A stretch of 64,000 nucleotides of DNA from Mobula birostris (lineage: Eukaryota), in contig NC_092382.1 in assembly GCF_030028105.1 (NCBI RefSeq), forward strand, positions 1,674,001-1,738,000, written 5' to 3'. Positions 1 to 11,547 of the stretch are shown here, piece after piece. Below the pieces are notes generated by a model. It was not told the DNA's origin, searched no databases, and saw only the letters and a program-made list of their open reading frames with translations. Within the stretch, counting starts at the first letter, position 1. Every line of letters starts with the position of its first letter. The translations under genes were made by a program, and so were the position numbers.

Positions 1-245
1 GAAGAGTAAGGGTCCCAGAACAGGTCCCTGAGGCACACCACTGGTCACCGGCCTCCATGCAGAATATGAGTCATCTATAACCACTCTTTGCCCTCTGTGG
101 GCAAGTCAGTTCCAGATCCACAAAGCTACGTCCCCTTAGATCCCATGCCTCCTTACTTTCTCTGTAAGCCTTGCATGGGGTACCTTATCAAATGCTTTGC
201 TGAAATCCATATACACCACATGGCTTTCCCTTCATCAATGTGTTT
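1..245 (-). mobile_element. CR1 LINE reverse-transcriptase fragment
   Basis: The reverse complement encodes [10 protein letters not shown] and DFSKAFDKVPH motifs typical of CR1 RT. Confidence 0.85.
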
Positions 246-249
246 AGTC

Positions 250-1393
250 TGAAACAATCGATCGACAAATGATGCAATAGCCACAGCTCTACGTACCGTC
301 CTTACACATCTGGAGAAGGAGATATGAGAATGCTGTTCTTGGACTAGAGTTCAGGATGCAACACCATAGCTCCATCCAGGCTCAATAAGAATCTCAGAGC
401 CCTCACCTTGACCCTGCCTTGGGCAGTTGGATCCTGGACTTCCTGTCAGATTGCCAGCAGGTTGTAAAAGTGGGCTCCCTCACCTCCAACCCTCTGATTG
501 CCAACACAGGTGCCCCTCAGGGCTGCATATTGTGTCCTCCCTTTAACTCCCTGTATACTCATGACTGTATCACCACCCACAGCTCCAATCTGCTAAGTAA
601 ATTTGCTGACAACACTACATTGATTGGCCTAATCTCAATCAATAACGAGGTGGCCTACAGGGAAGAAGTCAAGAAAACAACCTTTCCCTCAATGTTGCCA
701 AAACAAAGGAGTTGGTTGTGGACTACGGGAGAAATGGAGATGGGCTAACCCCTATTGACATCATTGGATCTCGGGTTGAGAAAGTGAACAGCTTTAAGTT
801 CCTCGGCATCCACATCACTGAGGACATCACCTGTTCTGTACATACCGACTGTGTGGTGAAAAAGGCACAACAGTGCCTCTTTCACCTCAGACGGTTGAAG
901 AAGTCTGACATGGACACAATTGAGAGCATCCTGCCTGGCTGCATCACTGCCTGGTATGGGATCTGTACCTCCCTCAATCGCAGAACTCTGCAGAGAGTGA
1001 TGCAGAGAGGCCAGCGCATCTGTAGTTGTGAACTTTCCACTATTCAGGACATTTACAAGGCCAGGTGTGTAAAAAGGGCCTGAAGAATCATTGGGAAACC
1101 AAGCCATCCCAACCACAGTCTGTTCCAGCTGCTACCATCCAGGAAACGGTACCGCAGCATAAAATCCAGGACCAACAGGCTCCTGGACAGCTTCTTCCAC
1201 CAGGCCATCAGACTGATTAACTCACGCTGACTCGAGTGTACTCTATATTGCATTGACTGTTCTATTTATTATAAATTACTTTAAATAACTATGATTGCAC
1301 ATTGCATAATTAGATAGAGATGCAACATAAAGATTTTTACTCCTCACGTATATGAAGGACATAAGAAATAAATCCGATTCAATTTCATTTAAT
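250..1393 (+). mobile_element. Rex1/Babar-type non-LTR retrotransposon, 3' part, decayed
   Basis: ORFs 419-748 and 712-1083 carry NTGAPQGC, KFADNTT, FKFLGIHI and IESIL..CITAWYG; a short ATTCA-like tail lies near 1377-1395. Same family as 12760-13505 and 35680-36410. Confidence 0.85.
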
Positions 1394-1720
1394 TCATCTC
1401 AGTCCCAGACTGTACATCCCCTCTTTCAGAGACTGGGATCCCTAGTTCAACTGGTAATGATGTTGTGCATTTCAATGTGCTCACCTCTCAGCCCCCGATT
1501 CTCTAAATGAAAGGGTTATCACATTTGATCCTTCTTCATATGATGACCCCACCACTCCAGGGATCAGTCTGGTGAATCGTCATTGCACTGTCTAACCTCA
1601 CCCGTGTTTTCACCACGACTCTTCTCCCACCCCTAACACTACTTCCACCTTCCCACCTGCCCCTCACCTGGATCCACTTTCACTCCCCAGCTCTTGCCCC
1701 ATTCCCACCTCTCACCTATC
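1394..1720 (-). repeat. Ancient decayed CR1 piece; third local copy of sequence also at ~6493-6870 and ~32938-33310
   Basis: Colinear similarity (catctcagtccc...gactgggatccct...ggatcagtctggtgaatc); the reverse complement resembles the CR1 VQRRFTRLIP region. Confidence 0.65.
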
Positions 1721-2009
1721 TTAATTTCCCATCTACTGTTGGTCTTAAATACCCCCAGTCGGGCCTCCGCAGCTGACTCTGCTAATTTCACAAATTCGTC
1801 ACACTCTGGCTAAAGAAATTTTGCTGCATCTCGGTTTTAAATATGCATCCCTCTGTCCTGAGGGGCATTCACAATTTTAAATGTGTGCAAATTGACCGCC
1901 TGGGTTGCTGATTGGGATCTTCCGCAGGGAGAGTTAAGTGTATACATCTTTCAGGAGTGCAGATAGCTGGAAAATAAATGAATAAGTGGCCAGCAACACA
2001 CACAAAATT

Positions 2010-3090
2010 TGCTGATGAATGCAGCAGGCCAGGCAGCATTTATAGGAAGAGGTACAGTGAACGCTTTGGGCTGAGACCCTTCATCAGGACTAACTGAAAG
2101 AAGAGATAGTAAGAGATTTGAAAGTGGGAGGGGGAGGGGGATATCGGAAATGATAGGAGAAGACAGGAGGGAGAGGGATGGAGCTAAGAGCTGGAAAGTA
2201 AATAAATAACGGATCGGGTATGAAGGGGATGTAGGGCGTTAACGGAAGTTAGAGAAGTCAATGTTCATGCCATCAGGTTGGAGGCTACCCAGACGGAATA
2301 TGAGGTGTTGTTCCTCCAACCTGAGAGTGGCTTCATCTTGACAGTAGAGGAGGCTGTGGATAGACATATCAGAGTGAGAATGGGACATGGAATTAAAATG
2401 TGTGGCCACTGGGAGATTCTGCTTTCTCTGGCGGACAGAGTGTAGGTGTTCAGCGAAAAGGTCTCCCAGTCGGCATCGGGTCTCACCAATATATAGAAGG
2501 CCACATCGGGGCACCGGATGCAGTATATTACCGCAGCCAACTCACAGGTGAAGTGTCGCCTCACCTGGACGGACTGTCTGGGGCCCTGAATGGTAGTGAG
2601 GGAGGAAGTGTAAGGGCACGTGTAGCACTTGTTCCGCTTACAAGGATAAGTGCCGGGAGGGAGATCGGTGGGGAGGGATGGGGGACGAATGGACAAGGAA
2701 GTCGCATAGGGAGCAATCCCTGTTGAAAGCTGGGGGGGGGGGGTGGTTAGGGAAAGATGTGCTTAGTGGTGGGATCCCATTGGAGATGGCGGAAGTTACG
2801 GAGAATTAAATGTTAGACCCGGAGGCTGGTGGGGTGGTAGGTGAGGACAAGGGGAACCCTATTCCTAGAGGTGTGGTGGGAGGATGGGGTGAGAGCAGAT
2901 GTGCGTGAAATGGGAGAGATGCATTTGAAAGCAGAGTTGATGGTGGAGGTGGGAAGCCCCTTTCTTTAAAAAAGAACAGGCAGGTTTGTGGATCTTGGGT
3001 AGGAGGTAGAAACAGGAAGTGGGGGGTGTGGAAACTATAAGGTTGATAGCAGTGGATGGGAGATCTCCTGAGCAGATAAAGTTGGTGATG
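2010..3090 (-). mobile_element. Penelope-like element 3' part (GIY-YIG endonuclease plus pLTR)
   Basis: Minus-strand ORFs with VIYCIRC..CGLLYIGETR.RL..F.EH and RLEEQHLIFRLGSLQPDGMN; pLTR with a degenerate hammerhead at ~2055-2095. Confidence 0.9.
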
Positions 3091-3960
3091 GTTCCCACAC
3101 CCTGCACTTCCCATTTCTACCTCCTACCCAAGATCCACAAACCTGCCTGTCCAGGTAGACCAATTGTCTCAGCTTGCTCCTGCCCCACCGAACTCATTTC
3201 TGCATACCTCGACATTATTTTATCCCCTCTTGTTCAATCCCTTCCTACCTATGTTCGTGACACTTCTCACACTCTGAAATTGTTTGATAATTTTATGTTT
3301 ACTGGCCCCCACCGCTTTATTTTCACCATGGATGTCCAGTCCGTGTATACCTCCATCCCCACCAGGAAGGTCTCAAAGCTCTCCGCTTCTGTTTGTATTC
3401 CAGACCTAACCAGTTCCCCTCTACTGCCACTCTGCTTCGTCTAGCAGAATTAGTCCTTACTCTTAATAATTTCTCCTTTGGCTCCTTCCACTTCCTCCAA
3501 ACTAAAGGTGTAGCCATGGGCACCCGTATGGGTCCCAGCTATGCCTGCCTTTTTGTTGGCCTTGTGGAACAATCCATGTTCCAAACCTATACTGGTATCT
3601 GTCCCCAACTTTTCCTTCGCTACATCAACGACTGCATTGGCGCTGCTTCCTGCACGCATGCTGAGCTTGTTGACTTCATTAAGTTTGCCTCCAACTTTCA
3701 CCCTGCCCTCAAGTTTACCTGGTCCATTTCCGACACTACCCTCCCCTTTCTTGATCTTTCTGTTTCTATCTCTGGAGACAGCTTATCTACTGATGTCTAC
3801 TATAAGCCACCAGACTCTCACAGCTACCTGGACCATTCCTCTTCTCACCCTGTCTCTTGAAAAAAATGCCATCCCCTTCTCACAATTCCTCCGTCTCCGC
3901 CGCATCTGCTCTCAGTATGAGGCTTTTCATTCCAGGACGAGGGAGATGTCTTCCTTTTTT
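3091..3960 (+). mobile_element. Penelope-like element RT domain, inverted relative to the adjacent 3' part
   Basis: FYLLPKIHK, GRPIVS, GVAMGTRMGPSYACLF, RYINDC and LPFLD motifs; frameshifted. Confidence 0.9.
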
Positions 3961-4589
3961 ACCCGTTTCGACGTGTCAACCCATCGCCTCCTCCTGTGCC
4001 AAGATGAGGCCACCCTCAGGGTTTTATAAAGCTACAACACAACTTCCAGACTTTTGAACTCAATGTCTCGACTAATAAAGACAACCATGCCATTTGGCTT
4101 CTTAAGCACCCGATCAATCTGTGCAGTCATTTTCAGGGAGCGATGAATTTTAAGAACCCTCTGATCATCAACACTGTTCAGCGTCTTACATTTAACAGTG
4201 TCCTGTATCTTTACATTTGGCCAACCGAGCTGCCAAGATGATCGTCACTAATCAAATCTCACTGAGATTTCTCAGGTCCTGTTGAATTTATTGACAAGTG
4301 CGCAAGTACGGGAAGTTACAGGTAGAGAAATTCACTGATTTGTAGAAGCATCATAGGCAAGTGCATTCAGATAACACACGGAAAACAAATTATACGATTC
4401 TTGGTCAGTAACATTATAGAAATATGTTTTATGTCATCCTGCTAACAGGGCCAGAACAACAGGGGCTGAGCGGCGGCTCATCTCAGACGGTTCGGTGTGA
4501 AGGTCTCACGACCCGGACCGACCCCGGCAGATTCTGTCAAGGAAGCGAGGCGAGGCTGCCAGTTCGGGAAAGTTCATCCCCTCCCCCTT

Positions 4590-4785
4590 CAGGTTTCACC
4601 GATCACCTTGTGTTTCTCTCTCCCTTTCCCACCCCCACCTTTCATTCTCCTGTCCTGCCGAAGGGTTTCGGCCGGTAACGCGACTGTACTCTTTTCCTGG
4701 GTGCTGCCGGGCCTGCTGAGTTCCTCCAGCACTTTGCGGAAGTTGCTTGGATTTCCAGCATCTGCCGATTTTCTCTTGTTTGAAT
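4590..4785 (+). mobile_element. Penelope pLTR remnant
   Basis: gtcctgccgaagggtttcggcc...ctgctgagttcctccagcac...atttccagcatctgc matches the pLTR at 5670-5810. Confidence 0.75.
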
Positions 4786-4799
4786 TCGAGAAAGTTAAA

Positions 4800-5055
4800 G
4801 GGACTCACTGCCCAACATCAGAACTCCCCGCTCGGGGCCGACTTCAATACTCACCGAATGGAAATTGTCGGTGTTGCCCCGCAGAGAATAATCCGTTCCC
4901 GGATCCCGATCCCGATCCCACCGCCGACTCACTTCAACAAAGGACGGAAAACAACACCGCCCTGCCCGTACTGAGCATGCGCGATGTCGTCTGCGCGTCA
5001 TCAGCGCGGTGGGCGGGGCCTCGGAACCAAACCAGGGATGCTGCGCGGGCGGGCT
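4800..5055 (-). promoter_or_regulatory. CpG-rich promoter-like segment, possibly driving a minus-strand gene
   Basis: High CpG density, NRF1-like GCATGCGC (~4975), GC box GGGCGGGG (~5011), and minus-strand donor-like GTGAGT motifs near 4925-4930, 4850 and 4805. Confidence 0.45.
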
Positions 5056-5812
5056 GGGAGATCCCTCCCGGTACTTATCCTGGTAAGCGGAACAAGTGCT
5101 ACACATGCCCGTGCACTTCCTCCCACAGCACCTTCTGTATACTGGCGAGACCCGACGCAGACCGGGAGATCGACTCGCTGAACACCTACGCTCTGTCCGC
5201 CAGAGAAAGCAGGATCTCCCAGTGGCCGCACATTTTAATTCCACGTCCCATTCCCATTCTGACATGTCTATCCACGGCCTCCTCTGCTGTAAAGATGAAG
5301 CCACACTCAGGTTGGAGGAACAACACCTTATATTCCGTCTGGGTAGCCTCCAACCTGATGGCATCAACATCGACTTCTCTAACTTCCGCTAATGCCCCAC
5401 CTCCCCCTCGTACCCCATCTGGTATTTATTTATTTATAGACACACATTCCTTTTCTCTCTCTGTCCCTCTGACTATACCCCTTACCCATCCTCTGAGTTC
5501 CCCTCCCCCTTTTCCTTCTCCCTAGGCCTCCTGTCCCATGATCCTTTCATATCCGTTTTGCCAACAACTTTCCACCTCTTGGCTCCATCCCTCCCCCTCC
5601 TGTCTTCTCCTATCATTTTGGATCTCCCCCTCCACTTCCCACTTTCAAATCTCTTACTAGCTCTTCTTTCATTTGGTCCTGACGAAGGGTCTTGGCCCGA
5701 AACGTCGACTGTACCTCTTCCTAGAGTTGCTGCCTGGCCTGCTGTGTCCAGCAGCAACTTTAATGTGTGTTGCTTGAATTTCCAGCATCTGCAGAATTCC
5801 TGGTGTTTGCAG
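5056..5812 (+). mobile_element. Penelope-like element 3' part (GIY-YIG remnant plus pLTR)
   Basis: ORF 5096-5392 LLYTGETRRR..DRLAEH...LEEQHLIFRLGSLQPDG; an inverted counterpart of 2010-2660. Confidence 0.9.
5675..5710 (+). ncRNA. Minimal type I hammerhead ribozyme motif in Penelope pLTR
   Basis: GGTC-CTGACGA-A-GGGTC TT GGCCC-GAAA-CGTC-GACT: intact CUGANGA and GAAA core, stem II, palindromic ACGT stem III, GUC cleavage triplet ending at 5706, and stem I GGTC/GACT. Confidence 0.8.
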
Positions 5813-5819
5813 ATGCCGC

Positions 5820-5910
5820 ATCTCTGCGGCAAAACGGGATCACGTGACGAGTGGAGGGTCTCCCACGTGAGCCGGTGACGTCTCCTCGCCCCTCACACGC
5901 TGCCCGACGC
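5820..5910. promoter_or_regulatory. CpG-rich E-box/CRE cluster
   Basis: TCACGTGA (~5840), CACGTG (~5864) and TGACGTC (~5876) within ~45 bp. Confidence 0.35.
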
Positions 5911-6999
5911 GTTTCCCACTTTATTTCATTATTTCCCGTATTATTTCAGCAACATTTTTAACTTTTCCCTCCATATCGTCCTTGTCCCTTTCCCTTCACG
6001 CCCCCCCCCCGGGTCACAGAGTTCTCAGAGTTTGAGTTCAATTCCCATCCCGCTCAGACACACAATCAGACCCACACAGGAATTGTGCAGGTTTCATTTA
6101 CATCAGTTCTATGTTGAAAACAATTTCTATTCGCTTTACTCCGGCCTCACTGGACAGGAACACTGAAACATCAAGTGAGAAACAGCAGGAGAATTGAAAC
6201 AATTGGTTACTTCGATGTACTCTTATTCATTTTGGATAGTAACAATAAAAATATTTGAATAGAAAGAGAAACAGCAGGAGGTGGCCATTCAGCCCTCTAA
6301 CCATCAACAAGATGACGGCTGCTCTCCCATCTCAGCCACATGTCTCTGCCCGATCCTCATTTCCTCGATCCCTTTAGTCTCCACACATCTGCCGGCCTCT
6401 GTTTTATGTGAGGATGATCACTGAGTCTTCACTGGCCTCTGTGGTGGGGATTTACAGACATTCACCACCCTCGGAATGGAGACATTTCCCCTCATCTCAG
6501 TCCCGAACAGTCCACCCCCTTTTTCAGAGACTGGGATCCCTGGTTCAGCCGGTAATGATGTTGTGCATTTCAATGTGTTCACCTCTCAGTCCTCGATTCA
6601 CTAAATGAAAGGGTTATCACATTTGATCTTTCTTCATATGATGACCCCACCACTCCAAGGATCAGTCTGGTGAATCTTCATTGCACTCTCTATAACAAAT
6701 ACTCTCTAACCTCTTTGTTAATCCTCTATGGAATTAATTTCCATCTTCTGCAGCCCCGTGTTGCCCCAACCACTCACCTCCCACCCCGTCACTATTTCCA
6801 CCTTCCCACCTCCCCCTCACCTGGATCCACCTCTCACTCCCCAGCTCTTGCCCCATCCCCACCCCTCACCTCTTTTCTCGGACTATTTCCCGTCCACTCT
6901 CAGTCCAGAGGGAGGGTCTCGGCCCGAAATGTTGACGGTCCATTTCCCTCCACAGATGCTGCCCGACCCACTGAGTTCCTCCGGCAGTTTGTTCTTTGG

Positions 7000-7667
7000 T
7001 CTGTGTGACCCGTGTTAGTGTGGGGAGCGGGATTTTACACCATATTCCCGGTACAGTCTCAACAAAACACAAATAATTGTCACTTTGCCCGGACCATCGG
7101 CCCCGCTTGCAGGGCAACAGTCTGCCGGTGTTTGCCCCCCAATGTGGTGAATCGCCACCACCGTGGGCTCAGACATTTCCACAGATGAGCCCCTCCTGTC
7201 CCCACCGGGACAAACATCCTGTCCGCCCCCTCTCTCCCCGTCTTCATCCTCTCCCTCCCCGGGGAACCGGCATCAAACCGACGGGCCGAGCGGTCTCCTC
7301 CTACCTCTCAGCGACACATCAGACTCCGGCCGCAGGAGACGCTTCACAAACGCCCCAACTTCCCTCGGAGGGAAATGGAAATAAATCAGAAAGCGGACAT
7401 TTACTTTGACGGTTGTCCCGCCCTGACGGAAAGTTCGGGAGACGGAGTCATCGGGGGTAACGCCCTCTCGGCTGGTCCGCCTCCGCTATTGGCTGGAAGC
7501 AATGATTGACATCACTTCGGACCAATGGGAACAGCGCATCGCGTGACTCCTCTGTTGACAGCGGTGGGGGAGGGGCTGGTCACGTGATCAGTAGCCCAGC
7601 CGTTAAACCGACCAAGCTCGAGCTCACCAGCGCGCGGGGCACAAAAGGCCCCGGATGATCGGTTGAG
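7000..7667 (+). promoter_or_regulatory. CpG-island promoter and short non-coding first exon of ZNF gene A
   Basis: CpG-rich, with ATTGG/CCAAT boxes (~7488, ~7522), E-box GTCACGTG (~7578) and donor GAG|GTGAGA at 7667/7668. Linkage to the ZNF exon is inferred from the duplication unit. Confidence 0.65.
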
Positions 7668-8164
7668 GTGAGAAGGGGTCTCCGGGTTGGGGGTCTCACC
7701 GGGCGGCGTTTTCAACACCGACTTCGGGTAGTTGCTGTGACTCCGGACTCCGTGACCCGCAATCCCGGGACAGTCCTGCTCTCTTCCCTCTCTCTCAGCC
7801 CCACCATCCGTACACGGGCCCCGGGGAGCTTCCGGCTGATGAGGGAATGGGAACCGATGGGTCTCTCAGACAGAGCTGAGCTCCAGCTGTCTAAATGCAA
7901 GGATCGGGAACTCGGAGAAAGGGAACAAAATCTTTTACATCAGCTGTTGTGAAAATCACCTTTGTTCTGCCTCCAGTCACAAACAAGAGAAAATCTGCAG
8001 ATGCTGGAAATCCGAGCAACACACACAAATTGCTGGAGGAACTCAGCATTAGTACTCTTTTCCATAGATGCTGCCTGGCCTGCTGAGTTCCCCCAGCATT
8101 TTGTGTCTGTTGCTTGTTCCACCCCCTCTTGTTCTGGACTTTCTACCCATGAGGTCATGTTTTT

Positions 8165-8596
8165 TAAAATTTTTTTTAGTTTTCTACAAACAGTGTGGAA
8201 GAAAAAAGTCAATAGTGTAAATAGAGGGATCATTGCAATACAGACAAAAATAACAATAATACATGTCTTAATAAATGAGTAAGTCACCCATATTAAAAAT
8301 GAAAAATTAGAAAGGAAAGCACCCAACCCACCCACGATCCAACTCCAAGCCGACTATTATAATATAAGTATTTAAAAGGACATTTGAGATAAACTTTTAT
8401 CACCCCAGATCTATATATTGTGGTAAAAAGTGAAATCACTAATAAAAAAAGCAGCCTGCTACCTAATCAAAGAATCAAAGAAAGCTGGAAATGCAGGATC
8501 TGACTATCAAGGGAAGAAAAAAATACACTTGTCAATATTCAAGAAAAGGTCCCCACACCTTTTGGATCTCTATATCTGAATTAAAAAGTGAATAGT
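8165..8596 (-). mobile_element. L1-like LINE 3' end (with 10411-10608; split by a CR1)
   Basis: The reverse complement gives ORF2 C-terminal KVWGPFLEY* plus an A-rich tail. TSD CATGTTTT at ~8157-8164 and ~10609-10616; the empty site is at ~34602 in unit B. Confidence 0.7.
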
Positions 8597-10410
8597 AACC
8601 GTATACGCTTATAACAATTACAGCACGGAATCAGGCCATCTCGGCCCTTCTACTCTGTGCTGAACTCTTACTCTCATCTCGTCCCACCGACCTGAACTCA
8701 GCCCATAACCCTCCATTCCTTTCCTGTCCATATAGCTGTCCAATTTTACTTTAAATGAAAACATTGAACCTGCCTCAACCACTTCTGCTGGAAGCTCGTT
8801 CCACACAGCTACCACTCTCTGAGTAAAGAAGTTCCCCCTCATGTTACCCCTAAACGTTTGCCCTTTAACTCTCAACTCGTGTCCTCTTATTTGAATCTCC
8901 CTCACTCTCAATGGAAAAAGCCTATCCACATTAAATCTATCTATCCCCCTCATAATTTCAAATACCTCTATCAAGTCCCCCCTCAACCTTCTATGCTCCA
9001 AAGAATGAAGACCTAACTTGTTCAACCTTTCTCTGTAACTTAGGAGATGAAACCCAGGCAACATTTTAGTAAATCTCCGCTGTACTCTCCCAGTTTTATT
9101 GACATCTTTCCTGTAATTCGGTGACCAGAACTGTATACAATACTCCAAATTTGGCTTTAGCAATGCCTTATAGAATTTCAACATTACATCCCAACTCCTA
9201 TACTCAATGCTCTGATTTGTAAATGCCAGCATACCAAAAGCTTCCTTCACCACCCTATCCACATGGGATTCCACTTTCAGGGAACTATGCACCATTACTC
9301 CTAGATCCCTCTGTTCTACTGCATTCTTCAGTGCCCTACCATTTACCATGTATGTCCTATTTTGATTAGTCCTACCAAAATGTAGCACCTCACATTTACC
9401 AGCATTAAACTTCATCCGCCATCTTTCAGCCCACTCTTCTAACTGGTCTAAATCTCTCTGCAAGCTTTGAGAACCTGCTTCATTATCCACAACTCCACCT
9501 ATCTTAATATCATCTGCATACTTACTAATCCAATTTACCACCCCATCATCCAGATCATTAATATATATGACAAACAACATTGGACCCAGTACAGATCCCT
9601 GAGGCACATCACTAGTCACCATCCTCCTATCTGAGACACAGTTATCCACCACAACTTGCTGGCATCTCCCATCAAGTCACTGCTGAATCCATTTTACTAC
9701 TTTGATATTAATGCCTAACGATTGAATCTTCTTAACTAACCTTCCGTGTGCAACGTTGTCAAAGGCCTTACTGAAGTCCATATAGACAACATCCACCGCT
9801 TTACTCTCATCAACTTTCCTAGTAACCTCATCAAAAAGTTCAATAAGATTTGTCAAACATGACCTTCCATGCACAAATCCATGTTACCTGTTCCTAATCA
9901 GACCCTGTCTATCCAGATAATTATATATACCATCTCTGAGAATACTTTCCATCAATTTCCCCACCACTGACGTCAAACTCACAGGTCAATAATTGCTAGG
10001 TTTACTCTTAGAACCCTTTTTAAACAATGGAACAACATGAGCAATACGCCAATCCTCCGGCACCATCCCCGTTTCCAATGACATTTGAAATATTTCTGTC
10101 AGAGCCTCTGTTATTTCCACACTAACTTCCCTCAAGGTCCTAGGAAATATCCTGTCCGGACCCAGAGACTTACCCACTTTTATATTCCTTAAAAGCGTCA
10201 GTACTTCCTCTTCTTTAATCATTATACTTTCCATAACTACCTTTCTTGTTTCCTTTACCTTACACAATTCAATAACTTTCTCCCTGGTGAACACCGAAGA
10301 AAAGAAATTGTTCAAAATCTCCCCCATCTCTTTTGGCTCCACACATACCCATCCACTCTGATTCTCTAAGGGATCAATTTTATCCCTCACTATCCTTTTG
10401 CTATTAATAT
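8597..10410 (-). mobile_element. CR1 LINE, 5'-truncated (RT and 3' end)
   Basis: ORFs 9986-10390, 9677-9874 and 8618-9652 with VPQGSVLGP, KYADD, LEYCIQFWSP and FFTQRVV. Confidence 0.95.
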
Positions 10411-10608
10411 CTTTTCAAGATCTAAAGAAGACATAATATCCCTGAGCCATTGAACATGGGTACGGGGAACTTCATCTCTCCACTTAAGGAGTACTGCACG
10501 TCTAGCTAAAAGAGAGACAAAAGACAATGTTCGTCATTTAGCCGGGATCAAATGCTTGTCAGAGTCTCGTGAAATACCAAAAAAGGATCAGGTTCCAAAT
10601 GACAGGGA
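10411..10608 (-). mobile_element. L1-like ORF2 C-terminal fragment
   Basis: The reverse complement reads SLLARRAVLLKWRDEVP.THVQWLRDIMSSLDLEKI and joins 8596 across the CR1. Confidence 0.7.
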
Positions 10609-10784
10609 CATGTTTTGACCCACTCTCTCTGGGTACATAATGATATCAAAGACCTTTGGCTTGGGCAACAAGTAGCTTTCACATCACAAATGTGCCAGAC
10701 TCCAATGAGACAGACTACTGCCCTTCCCTTCATATTCATTGGCATTGCCATCACTGAGTTCACCACCGTCAGTCACCTGGGGGA

Positions 10785-11130
10785 GGGTTCAGGGGAAATA
10801 TTTATGTACAATACAGAAACTGGTGTCACCTGTGTGTATTGTGGTGATGCAAAAGTTGCTGGAGAATTTACAAGTGGGAAGAAGTGGAATGATATTTGGA
10901 AATCTTGACTTTTTGAAGCATAATTTAGCAAGCAAATGACATATTGATGATGTGCAAAAGCTCTGGTGAGAAAATCCTTCATTACCCGTTACAGGCCTGC
11001 TACAGAGGTTGTGTGAGAGTGCAGATGAACTCGATCAAACCCAGAGCACATCAAAGTTCTTATCGAGAGTGATTTGCTAGCTGTTAAAATGAATATCTCT
11101 CTATATAAAATTCACTGTGCACATGTTGTC
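10785..11130 (+). mobile_element. Relic of a TTF/ZNF862-like zinc finger, probably hAT-transposase derived (paralog 34775-35120)
   Basis: IFMYNTETGVTCVYC....AGEFTSGKKW.DIWK.DF.KHHLA..TH gives CxxC...H.....H spacing; stops are present. Confidence 0.45.
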
Positions 11131-11189
11131 ACTGGGTAAAAAAATGGACAGTACAAGATTTATGTGTATACAGGTCATTACAAATTAGA

Positions 11190-11540
11190 GGGTACATTGG
11201 TGGGAAGGTGGGGAGACCTCCAGTGTCCCTGATGCCCTCACCTACGAGATGTGCATCCAGCTGCAGCTTGTAACCCTGCACTTTAAGGAGTTGCAGCTTG
11301 AAATGGATGAATTCTGGATCATCCAGCAGTTGGAGGGGGTGATGGATATGAAATGAAGAGAGGTGAGTTACACCCAAGGTGCAGGACACAGGAAACTGGG
11401 TCAGAGTGAGGAAGGAGAATGAGTTTAACTAGACATCGCAGAGTACTCTTGTGGCCATCCCACACAACAGCAGGTGGACCACTTTAGAAACTGTTGGGGG
11501 GCATTACCTGGCAGAGGAAAGTCAAGGGGGTGATAGGGGT
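11190..11540 (+). mobile_element. Old CR1 ORF1 fragment (paralog 35185-35530)
   Basis: WETSSVPDALT.EMCIQLQL resembles the N-terminus of CR1 ORF1. Confidence 0.5.
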
Positions 11541-11547
11541 TTAGTTA

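Noticed and set aside
4497-5525. 342-aa ORF
   Set aside because: Runs across a pLTR remnant, a GC-rich segment and an off-frame Penelope piece; a chance chimeric frame.
6408-8282. Short ORFs conserved between units A and B (for example 7077-7409 and 33522-33854)
   Set aside because: Conservation is explained by near-identical DNA in all frames; GC-rich promoter sequence with no protein motifs.
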